Source of the DNA: an uncultured cyanobacterium
Lineage (GTDB): Bacteria > Cyanobacteriota > Cyanobacteriia > Phormidesmidales > Phormidesmidaceae
Direction: 5' to 3'
DNA: 64,000 bases
Assembly (NCBI GenBank): GCA_963793265.1
Contig: CAWBZI010000006.1
Coordinates: forward strand, 160,001-224,000
Below are positions 51,561 through 60,165 of this stretch, piece after piece. Position 1 is the first letter of the stretch. Every line of letters starts with the position of its first letter. The translations under genes and the position numbers were made by a program. A model generated the notes under the pieces. It saw only the letters and a program-made list of their open reading frames with translations. It ran no database searches and was not told the DNA's origin.

Positions 51561-51602
51561 GACTACTGGCGGTCAATCACACACCGACTACTGGCGGTCA
51601 AT
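51561..51602. repeat. 17-bp direct repeat duplicating the 3' end of the DUF3611 gene
   Basis: GACTACTGGCGGTCAAT at 51561-51577 and 51586-51602. Confidence 0.85.
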
Positions 51603-52148
51603 AACATACTGCAACCAAAGCGATATGCAGAGCCCAATAAAGTGAGCAAACATTGTGTTCACCACCGAAAACACCACCGCAATATCAGCGGCATTAATAA
51701 AAGCAGCCGTATCTTGAGAAATGCCGCCAAAAGTAGCGACCTGACGCAACGCACGTAGCCACAGCAAAGCCACAACTGCCTGAGCCGCCATAATCGTTAA
51801 AAACATGCCAATCAGGCTAATCAGCGTACCAATGCGTACTGCCTGAGCGGCATCCTTAGGCTTTGGTCGTAAATCTGGGTTGAGCGTCTTCAGCTTGCGA
51901 CCTAGCCGAACATAGCGAAAGCCCCAGAAGGCGCTTACAAATACCATCAAAACGCCCATCACCTGAAAAATATCAAAGCCAGCATTAGACAGGCTTTTGT
52001 CAGGCTCTAGCGCGTTGACTATAAACAAAAGGCTCGAAATTACCCCAATTACAACTTGCGACCACAGGCTAATCCAGCCCAATAGCCGAAAGTTGGTCGC
52101 TATCCGGCGAATAGCCGGAGGTAGGGAGTAGCCGAGTTCACCAGTCAT
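51588..52148 (-). CDS. DUF3611 family membrane protein (TIC21/PIC1-like)
   Basis: FRLLGWISLWSQVV, FWGFRYVRLGRKL and NTMFAHFIGL..SLWL motifs; four TM segments. Confidence 0.75.
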   Translation of the reverse strand: MTGELGYSLPPAIRRIATNFRLLGWISLWSQVVIGVISSLLFIVNALEPDKSLSNAGFDIFQVMGVLMVFVSAFWGFRYVRLGRKLKTLNPDLRPKPKDAAQAVRIGTLISLIGMFLTIMAAQAVVALLWLRALRQVATFGGISQDTAAFINAADIAVVFSVVNTMFAHFIGLCISLWLQYVIDRQ

Positions 52149-52966
52149 GAGCGGATCTGCTTTGCTAGCAAGCGCGTAGGGGAGATAAGCCCTATGTTAG
52201 TACGTGGCGCTCCCACTCGGTAAAAATACGTCGATCACCTTGCGCTTAGAACATAAACTTTTCAGAAATTCCATCGACCTAAAGCCATAGCTAATTGACT
52301 CTAAAAGAAGAGATTTGCCGGAAAAGCAGCTTTACAACAGAAATTTACAACAGAATAGAAAATTCTCTTTGCAAGCAATAACAACAACCGTAACGAGTTC
52401 TCCAAAGCAGGCAATTAGCCGTGTATTTGCTGAAAACAAGGTGAGTATAAAGCAAATAAAAGAGAACTCACCGAACAAATACGCAAGGTAGTTTTATGAT
52501 GTGAAGGGCATCACTAAAACTTCATTAAATCACGGGCGCATCTCGCGATCGCTTCACACTATAATGCGGGCGCATGGAACGCATCTACCATAATTGATAA
52601 AGGGATCAGGAAACGAGCGCACCGACTGCGCCTTTTCGCATTTAGCTATCACTAGCCGCCAATACGAAATACCGCGTAGCGATCGCATCAATCGCATCTA
52701 ATCGCCGTGCGAAAAGTATTGACACAATACCGTTGTTAGTGTCTGTCTGAATCGTTGTACAGCTATCGAGCGGCGGCACACAAGCATCTGCTCCGCACCT
52801 GAGCTATTTTCAGAACCTTTACAGTTATTGGTAGCAACCATAAGATTTTTATTGGGCTGAGGTGCCATCAGCCGTTTAGGCTTGAGTAGTCAGCGCAAGA
52901 TCTCTAGGTTGCTACCTGCTAAATATTTACTAAGTCGTTTCACTCAAGGCTTCTCCTTAAATTTTG

Positions 52967-54622
52967 ATGTTTTCGTCTTCAAACACATCGCACAGCTCCG
53001 ATCTTTTGGTTGATCTTTTTAACCTTGCAACCCGCTTCAGCACAGGCGACGGCCTATTTAACGGCCGCTCGTACAGAGGATTGGTTTCAGGCGTTGTAAA
53101 CAGCTTCTCAGAAGTCATCAGAACATCGGACACCATCGACTTTAATAGCCTTTTCAACAGCGCTACAGATGCGTCACAAGTCACTTTGTCGAGCTACGCC
53201 TCGGCTATCACCGCTATCAAAAGCTATGTGTCCTCTACCATAGCGGCTCAGCAGGCTTTCACACCTTCCACTTTCGGCAATTTCTTCAGTATTCCAGACA
53301 ATGCTGCTGCATTTGCCACCGTCGGCACTGGTGGAGAGCGAATTGACAATGGTCGCAACTTTAGCGCCGGTCAGCTCAAGTGGAATCGTTCTGATAGCAG
53401 CGGCGCGACCCTAGTCACCTACGCTTTTGACAACGACTTTGGCATCAATGGTATCAGTACTGACCGTGCCAAAGTGCTATTTGCCGAAGCGCTACAGACC
53501 TGGGCAACCTATGCGCCCCTAAACTTTCAAGAAATTGAAGATCCGGGTTCTGGCAGCCAGGTTGATATCCTTGCGCAAAGTGAAGCCATTGACGGCCCCG
53601 GTAAAACGCTAGCCTTCGCCTTTTTCCCTACGGTGGGCGATATCACCTTCGACACAGACGAGAACTGGCGCGAGTCTAGCTTTCTAGAAACCACCGTTCA
53701 CGAAATCGGCCATTCTCTAGGTTTAGACCACGAGAACGATACGGATGCCATCATGAACTCGGTTTTAGGCAACCGCTTTGAAGGTAATGATGCGTTCTTA
53801 TTTGAAGATGATATCAATGGTATTCGCAGTCTGTATGGCGCTGGCACCGGTTCAGTAAGAACGCTCGCTGGCACCCCTGTATCAACGCCCTCGCCGCCGA
53901 CCCAGCAACCAGCGCCCACTAATCTCGTCACCAACGGCAGCTTTGAAGACGTTCCGCTTCAGATTGGCGAATCTAACACGTATAGCAGCATCAACGGCTG
54001 GTCTACTATTTCTGGTAACGGTTTCCAGGCAGATAGACGGCCTAATTTGGTCGGTAGCGCCGCAGACGGAACGGCTTGGGTAGAGCTAGATGCCCTGGGT
54101 ACTAACAGCACGATTGGTCAAAATATAGATACGGTCACAGGAGAGGTGTATAACGTTTCTGTAGACTTCAGCGACGGCGGCAGACCTGAGAGCACAACGT
54201 CTATTCGGGTGTTTTGGGAAGGGAACGCCATCGATACGATTAGCGGCGGCGGCAGAGGCCAGTGGCGACGGTTTAACTACGAGCTGAGGGGCGGCGATCG
54301 CAGCGTTAGCACCCTAGCGTTTCGCGCGATTGGCCCGGCTGATAATGTGGGTGGCTTTATTGACAACGTGGTGGTCACGGCTGCTAGAGAATCTTTGGTA
54401 GCAGCAGCTACAGAGGATTATGGCTTAAGCCTATCGTCTCAAATAGCCCACAGCCACGGGCCACTTTCGGGCGCTCACAGCCATGGCAGTCTCAGTCATG
54501 GTTGTAGCTGCCATGGTTGTCATAATCATGGAGATCACGACCACGGCGACCACAACCATTTCGTCGCGAGTCGCTCCCTCAGCACGCCTTTCCCTAGTTC
54601 ACCAGAGTCGTTCCTAACCTAA
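52967..54622 (+). CDS. Matrixin (M10) family metalloprotease with beta-sandwich domain and His/Cys-rich tail
   Basis: A..TWA...PLNF.E, DGPGKTLAFAFFP..GDITFD.DE.W, HEIGHSLGLDH and AIM Met-turn; NLVTNGSFE...FIDNV carbohydrate-binding-like domain. Confidence 0.85.
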   Translation: MFSSSNTSHSSDLLVDLFNLATRFSTGDGLFNGRSYRGLVSGVVNSFSEVIRTSDTIDFNSLFNSATDASQVTLSSYASAITAIKSYVSSTIAAQQAFTPSTFGNFFSIPDNAAAFATVGTGGERIDNGRNFSAGQLKWNRSDSSGATLVTYAFDNDFGINGISTDRAKVLFAEALQTWATYAPLNFQEIEDPGSGSQVDILAQSEAIDGPGKTLAFAFFPTVGDITFDTDENWRESSFLETTVHEIGHSLGLDHENDTDAIMNSVLGNRFEGNDAFLFEDDINGIRSLYGAGTGSVRTLAGTPVSTPSPPTQQPAPTNLVTNGSFEDVPLQIGESNTYSSINGWSTISGNGFQADRRPNLVGSAADGTAWVELDALGTNSTIGQNIDTVTGEVYNVSVDFSDGGRPESTTSIRVFWEGNAIDTISGGGRGQWRRFNYELRGGDRSVSTLAFRAIGPADNVGGFIDNVVVTAARESLVAAATEDYGLSLSSQIAHSHGPLSGAHSHGSLSHGCSCHGCHNHGDHDHGDHNHFVASRSLSTPFPSSPESFLT

Positions 54623-54675
54623 AGCAGGCTGAAACGCCTGTAAAATGACGGGGTGAATTCTCTTGAGTGCGCTTT

Positions 54676-55372
54676 ATGCCCACTGGCTCATCCCCATCGC
54701 AACCTCATCTGCGGCTATATCTAGACTCCGCCGATGTCGTTCAGCTAAAGACACTGGTTGCCCACGGGCCTTTTTTACGGCGTTACCTGCAATCCGCTAC
54801 TGCTCAAACGTGCGCGCGTTCAGTGCTCGCCTGAGGCGCTTAAGCATTTGGCTTTAAGCGCCTTTGAGATGGGCGCGCGTGAAGTGCATTTGCAGGCGTG
54901 GGGCCATTCAGTAGAAAGTCTTGTCGCTGTTGGCCAAACGCTCAGCGGTATTGACCCGCGCATTGTCGTGAAGCTCCCTGCGACTCAAGTCGGCACAACG
55001 GCGGCAAAGATGCTGATTGATTCTGGCATTCCAGTTACTTTAACGGCTGTTTACGCGGTGCATCAGGTTCTCGTTGCAGCAGCGATAGGCGCGAGCTATG
55101 CGGCTCCGTACTTGGGCCGCATTAATGATATGGGTCGTGAAGGTAGAGCTGATCTGGCGGCTATGCAGCGATCGCTCCACGCTGTCCGTAGCCAAACGCG
55201 ACTGCTCACCGCCAGCATTCGAGATATTGAAGATATTTCTGTGCTGGCTACGCATGGCGTTGATACGTTTACGTTTTCTGAGGCGATCGCTCAAGCATTC
55301 TTCAACGTCCCCGCTACAATTAAGGCCACCGAGGACTTTGAAAGCGCAGCCCTCAGCACCCTAGAACAGTAA
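54676..55372 (+). pseudogene. Transaldolase/fructose-6-phosphate aldolase family gene with a +1 frameshift
   Basis: The frame from ATG 54676 gives LRLYLDSADVVQL. The rest (HWLPTGLFYGVTCNP...IVVKLP...YAAPYLGR...ASIR) is shifted by one base at AAA 54747-54749. Confidence 0.75.
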
Positions 55373-55380
55373 ACAGTCTC

Positions 55381-55818
55381 ATGAGTAACGTTTACGAGCA
55401 ATCTGTTTTTATTCGAGCGACGGCCACTACCGTAGAACGCTGCTTTACCGAACAACAGCTTATGAACCAGTGGCTAAACCCAGCTTTAGCGTGCGAGCCC
55501 GTTGGCGGCTGGCGCACAGCTGTCGGCAGCGAGTTTGACTTTAAGCTAAAAGTGCCGTTACTTGCGCCGACGCTGCGGAGTACGGTTATTGAACGCCAGG
55601 CGGGGCTGATTGTATGGGGCTTTGATGGTTTTTTTAAAGGGAGCGATCGCTGGGAGTGCCAGCCGGAGGCTCAAGGAACCACCCTCCTCAATCGCTTTGA
55701 ATTTACCATTCCTAATCCACTGGTGAGCTTTGGCTTTAAGCAGTTTGCCGCAAGCTGGACAAAAAAAGATATGGAGAGTCAGCTACAAAGGCTTAAGCAA
55801 ATTGCAGAGAGACTTTAG
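55381..55818 (+). CDS. SRPBCC family protein
   Basis: EQSVFI.A....VERCFT...LM.QWLNP, WGFDGFFKG.DRWEC and C-terminal helix DM..QL.RLK. Confidence 0.8.
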   Translation: MSNVYEQSVFIRATATTVERCFTEQQLMNQWLNPALACEPVGGWRTAVGSEFDFKLKVPLLAPTLRSTVIERQAGLIVWGFDGFFKGSDRWECQPEAQGTTLLNRFEFTIPNPLVSFGFKQFAASWTKKDMESQLQRLKQIAERL

Positions 55819-55843
55819 GGCTTCTTTAGAGCCTGTAGACATA

Positions 55844-55880
55844 AAAAAAGCCAGTACGCGAAGGTAAACGCATACTGGCT
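55844..55880 (-). terminator. Intrinsic terminator for the M15 peptidase gene
   Basis: A-run, then AGCCAGTACGCG...CGCATACTGGCT hairpin (gives a U-tail on the minus strand). Confidence 0.65.
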
Positions 55881-55906
55881 GGAAATTCACGCGATCGCTC
55901 CAATCT

Positions 55907-56701
55907 CTACCAAAGATCGACGCGAGGGCCACCCCGATAAGTCCATCTAGCCGGTGACCCAGGACGCAAATCTAAGTGAACAAAGCCGCTGCCCACAGCT
56001 AGCCCGCCTCGGGGATGGTAGCTTTTGAGCTTGTAAAAGACATCTACCAAGTCCAAACCTTCTACCCAAAAGTCCACAGCATCTCCATACATATGTCTGG
56101 AGTCGCGCGCGCCGCCCACATAGCGGTTACTAACGGGGTCGCGGTAGCCAGAGGTAATTCTGATAGGCCGATTGCCCAAGAAAGCGCGCACTTCATCCAT
56201 GTACTTAGCAAGCCTGACGATACGCTGCGTCACGGTAGCACTGACAGGAATGCGCGAGCCGCCTTTTGTAAATTCGGCCCAGGTAAAGTTAGAGACACTT
56301 GGCTCAAAGTAGATCGGCTCGTAAATGCCCACAGGTCGGCTAATGCCTGGAATCGAAATTGTCGGCCCAAAGTCCTGCACTTTTTGCGGCTTAGGAATAT
56401 CAGGCTCAGGGGGATCTTGTTTAGGGTTATTGTCAGGCTCAGTGCCTTCAACTTTGGCGTGTAGCCCGTATAAAAACCAGCGAATGCCCTGAGAGCCCGC
56501 CATCGGTTTTTCTAGCTGAACAAACACATGATCGTCTGCTTCGCTATTTTTTTCACCTTCGTAAGGAAGATGATCGACAATCTCTAATGTGGTGCCCGCT
56601 TTAACCGTTACAAGCTGCTCGGGTATTTTTTTGTCCTTAAGCTTATTGGCCTGAGTAGGCAGCGCTTTTAGGAATGTATCGGTGGTAATGACGACCTTCA
56701 T
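55907..56701 (-). CDS. Peptidase M15A family (cell-wall D-Ala-D-Ala peptidase-like) with N-terminal accessory domain
   Basis: NFTWAEF, ITSGYR....N..VGGA..S.HMYG.AVD and FVHLDLR motifs. Confidence 0.88.
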   Translation of the reverse strand: MKVVITTDTFLKALPTQANKLKDKKIPEQLVTVKAGTTLEIVDHLPYEGEKNSEADDHVFVQLEKPMAGSQGIRWFLYGLHAKVEGTEPDNNPKQDPPEPDIPKPQKVQDFGPTISIPGISRPVGIYEPIYFEPSVSNFTWAEFTKGGSRIPVSATVTQRIVRLAKYMDEVRAFLGNRPIRITSGYRDPVSNRYVGGARDSRHMYGDAVDFWVEGLDLVDVFYKLKSYHPRGGLAVGSGFVHLDLRPGSPARWTYRGGPRVDLW

Positions 56702-56988
56702 AGTGCTCTTAAGATAGTGCTCTTGATGTGCTGAGGGAAGAAAAGAACTGGGGAACTAGACTGTTCTGATGTACATACAATTATGCCCATTACTGCCGCT
56801 TACCCGCAGGTAACAGTCGTGTTTACTCTACGGGCTGATACAGCAGTATCGGTTCCTCATCCGGCAAAATTCAGCCTAAATTAAGCAAAGAGTTGTTGCA
56901 ATATATTGCAGACAAATTCAGTCATTATCTATCACACTTCTATCGCGCTATGCGCAGGGGCGTAAGGCTTTGTGCCCTCCGCATAGCG

Positions 56989-57681
56989 CTACCACGGCAA
57001 AACTTCACCATTGGAATGCCAAAATGTACCCGTTGTCTCTAAGGTCAGCTCGTCAATTCTGGCAAGCAGTCCTTTCACTGATTCTTCAGGCGAGATACCG
57101 CTGCTATTAAAGTTCGTCATACCCGTGCTCACCAGCCCAGGGTGAAGAACAGCAACAGCGATCTTTTTAGATTTCAAGTCATGAGAAAGTGACTTCCCTG
57201 CCATTGAAACCGCTGTTTTTGACATGCGGTAGGCATACGAGCCGCCCGAAGTGTTGTCTTCAATCGAACCCATACGACTGGTCATAATGGCGACTTTAGC
57301 GCCGCCAGATAGCGTTGAGTGCTCTAAATTAGGCAGCAGGGCTTTTGTGAGTTTTAAAGGGGCGATCGCATTCACTTCAAACAGCGCTCGAATGCCCTCA
57401 ACGTTCAAATCATCTAAGCTCGACCGCTGATAGATCCCGGCGTTATTAATCAATACGTCTATCGGCTGCTGATCGAGATTTTTGACCAGGGAGGCGATCG
57501 CCCCATCGTCACTCACGTCAATCCCGCTTTCTACGCGTACACCGGCTGATTTTGAGAGCGCGTCTAGCTCATCAGAGCTTTGCCGACAGACCGCGATCGC
57601 CTCATCGCCGCGCGCCTGAAGCTGCTTACAGTACTCATAGCCAATCCCACGATTAGCACCAGTCACTAAGTAAGTTGCCAT
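56989..57681 (-). CDS. Short-chain dehydrogenase/reductase (CsgA/C-factor-like)
   Basis: VTGANRGIG, LINNAG, SRMGS, YRMSK and LHPGLV.T.M motifs. Confidence 0.9.
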   Translation of the reverse strand: MATYLVTGANRGIGYEYCKQLQARGDEAIAVCRQSSDELDALSKSAGVRVESGIDVSDDGAIASLVKNLDQQPIDVLINNAGIYQRSSLDDLNVEGIRALFEVNAIAPLKLTKALLPNLEHSTLSGGAKVAIMTSRMGSIEDNTSGGSYAYRMSKTAVSMAGKSLSHDLKSKKIAVAVLHPGLVSTGMTNFNSSGISPEESVKGLLARIDELTLETTGTFWHSNGEVLPW

Positions 57682-57737
57682 TTATTTGCCTTCGCTTGTC
57701 TTCGTAAACTGCCACTGAATTCTACTCAACTTAAGGC

Positions 57738-58166
57738 TTATTCGATGGAGACAAGCTCTAGCTCAAACGTCAAATCCTGCCCGGCCAGCGGATGATTGCC
57801 ATCGAGGGTCACCATGTCGCCCTTAATATCAGTAATCGTCACAGCCATCGCCTCTCCATTCGGCACCTGCATCTCTAGCCTTTGGCCCACCTCTAGCTCA
57901 AAGTCAGCCGGTATATTTTGCTTTTCAATATCGGCAACCATGTCTTCGCGGTAGGGGCCATAGGCTTCGTCTACCGGAATCGTAGCTGTGACCGTCTCGC
58001 CAGGCGTAAGGCCGGTTACAGCCGCATCAAAACCAGGGATGACCATACCCGATCCCAGTTTAAACTCCAGCGGCGCACGGCTTTTAGAGGAGTCGAAAAC
58101 CTGGCCGTTGTTCAGTTTGCCGGTGTAATGAACTTTAACGGTGTCGCCTGATTTTGAGTGAACCAT
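57738..58166 (-). CDS. FKBP-type peptidyl-prolyl isomerase (SlpA/SlyD-like, no His tail)
   Basis: VKVHYTGKL..G.VFDSS, VIPGFD and DGNHPLAGQDLTF motifs. Confidence 0.92.
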   Translation of the reverse strand: MVHSKSGDTVKVHYTGKLNNGQVFDSSKSRAPLEFKLGSGMVIPGFDAAVTGLTPGETVTATIPVDEAYGPYREDMVADIEKQNIPADFELEVGQRLEMQVPNGEAMAVTITDIKGDMVTLDGNHPLAGQDLTFELELVSIE

Positions 58167-58240
58167 AGTGAAAAACTAAAATCGATAGGGCAATGAAGAT
58201 CAAACGCTTTTAGAGTGAGCTGAGCGCTTTAGTATTGCTA

Positions 58241-58400
58241 GAAAGTTTAGACGGTTTTGACTACTCCTCCGACTGAAGTACGGAGGATTCCCCGGCTCGC
58301 GCATGGGGGTTTCTGCTTCAAAGCAACCGCCTTCAAAAGCTAGGCTCTATCGGGTCTTACGCTCGCTCCACAGACTAACACCGCACGCCCTGCGGCTAAT
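58241..58400 (-). ncRNA. Predicted TnpB omega/re-RNA (scaffold plus flank-derived guide); boundaries approximate
   Basis: Inferred from the known TnpB layout: scaffold overlapping the tnpB 3' end through the right-end hairpin, guide taken from the adjacent flank. Confidence 0.55.
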
Positions 58401-59622
58401 ACATTTATTGCTGCATTGACATCCCTATCATGCTGACTACCGCAACTAGGACAAACCCATTCACGGATACTCAACGGCAGCTTTTCAACCGCGTGACCGC
58501 AAGAATTACAGCGCTTGGAGCTAGGGAACCAGCGGTCAATCTTGACCAGCTTGCGCCCGTACCATTCGCACTTATATTCGAGCTGCCTTACTAACTCACC
58601 CCAGCTAGCATCACTGATAGCCTGAGCGAGCGTATGGTTTTTCACCATGTTCTTCACAGCCAAGTCCTCGACGGCAATCAGTTGGTTTTCCCTGACCAAT
58701 CGAGTCGTCAGCTTGTGAAGCCTATCTTTTCGAGCATCGGCAATCTCAGCATGGACGCTCGCAACGCGCACTCTTGCTTTGTGCCGATTGTTAGAGCCTT
58801 TTACTTTGCGGCTAAGCGCCTTGTGCACTTTCTTCAGCTTGCGATACTTAGTCTTATACCCTTTCGGGTTTGCGACCTTTTCGCCGTCACTGAGCGTCAG
58901 CAGTGCGCTGATACCCAAGTCAACGCCTACCTGTTTTTCAACAGGCGGCAATGGCTCAATGTCAACGTCTACCAGCAGCGAGAGCGTCCATCTACCCGCA
59001 GGCGAAAGCTTCACCGTTACCGTAGACGGCGCAGCGCCAGCAGGCAGCAATCGGCTCCACCGAACCGGCAGCGGCGTAGCGCACTTAGCCAAAAACACTT
59101 GGCCCTCTGTGTACTTGAATGCCGACTTGGTGAACTCAGCGCTGCCGCCATGCCGCTTCTTTTTGAAGTTCGGATACTCAGCCCGCCCTGCCCAGAAGTT
59201 GCTAAACGCTTTTTGCAAATGGCGTAAGCCTTGCTGCAAAGGAACGCAGCTCACTTCATTCAAGAAGCTCAGCGGCTTTTCCTTCTTCCAACTTGTGAGC
59301 ATCGCAGAGCTTTCTTTGTACCCAATACGCTTTTGCCTCTCGTACCATGCTCTCGTCCTTTCGGCCAACGCTTTGTTATAGACCAAACGAGTGCAGCCCA
59401 ACGTTCTACGAAGCAAGCTTTCTTGCTCAGCAGTCGGATAAAAGCGGTACTTGAAGGCTTTTAGGCTCATGCTCACATTATAACATTCAGATTGTGAGGG
59501 GGTTAGGCTAAGTGGCTATGCATTCTGGATGTTCGCTAATGCTCACCTGAGAGATCGGCTATCCCTCCCCGTGCTAAAAGCACCGGGTTTCTCGACTTTC
59601 TCTCAGACTCTCTTAAACTTCG
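58257..59622 (-). mobile_element. IS200/IS605 family, tnpB-only (IS1341-like) element
   Basis: tnpB without tnpA. Right end GAAT-CCTCCG..CGGAGG-AGTAG-TCAA ends at 58257; left hairpin GAAA-CCCGGTGC-TTTTA-GCACGGG at 59591-59568. The left boundary is inferred. Confidence 0.8.
58340..59470 (-). CDS. tnpB: RNA-guided endonuclease TnpB
   Basis: KAFKYRFYPT HTH, RuvC-I VGVDLG, RuvC-II AVEDL, zinc finger CNSC/CPSC, RuvC-III DRDVNAA. ATG 59470 lies 6 nt after a TATAAT. Confidence 0.95.
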   Translation of the reverse strand: MSLKAFKYRFYPTAEQESLLRRTLGCTRLVYNKALAERTRAWYERQKRIGYKESSAMLTSWKKEKPLSFLNEVSCVPLQQGLRHLQKAFSNFWAGRAEYPNFKKKRHGGSAEFTKSAFKYTEGQVFLAKCATPLPVRWSRLLPAGAAPSTVTVKLSPAGRWTLSLLVDVDIEPLPPVEKQVGVDLGISALLTLSDGEKVANPKGYKTKYRKLKKVHKALSRKVKGSNNRHKARVRVASVHAEIADARKDRLHKLTTRLVRENQLIAVEDLAVKNMVKNHTLAQAISDASWGELVRQLEYKCEWYGRKLVKIDRWFPSSKRCNSCGHAVEKLPLSIREWVCPSCGSQHDRDVNAAINVLAAGRAVLVCGASVRPDRA

Positions 59623-60165
59623 ATGAGGCAATCAGGGGTGTGATCGCTAGGCCACTTCCCACTAGGGCTTTCAAAATACTGTATTTCTTGATACAATGTA
59701 TGAACATAGCGCCTGCAAAATAAGCTATTTGATGAGCTATCTAGTAAAGACAGAGTAGTCTTCAACCCTCTAAATTTTGGAAGCCAGCTTGAAATATCCA
59801 GCCTGGGAACCATCTTTAATGACCACCATCGCCTGACTGAAGTAGCTTCTTATAAGAGACTTTAGTCCAAGGCTTTTAAGCAGTAGAGTGCATAGCTTGT
59901 AGCGAGTGCTGAGTTTTGTTTTTTCCATTGATTCTAAGTGTCTTATCGTCGTCCTGACAATCTCACAAACACCCTTTCAAATAATCTATTAGTTCGCGCA
60001 ACTGGCATCGTAATACTAATCGTTATTGTCTACGGTCTAAAGCTGACAACAGACAACAAAAAATCTGATCACACCATTCTTTCTCGCGCTTCTATCGCAC
60101 AGCTAAATACACGACTAAAGCGAAGTAGCATAGGCTTGCATTAGTCTTTCGCAAAGGTCGGTGAC

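Noticed and set aside
58634..59464. Plus-strand ORFs of about 200 aa within the IS, as possible tnpA
   Set aside because: They are antisense to tnpB and lack HUH/Y1 or serine-recombinase motifs.
59613..60144. Small ORFs 59613-59813 (-) and 59938-60144 (+)
   Set aside because: No family motif or clear RBS. The hydrophobic stretch in the second is insufficient evidence, although a small membrane protein cannot be excluded.
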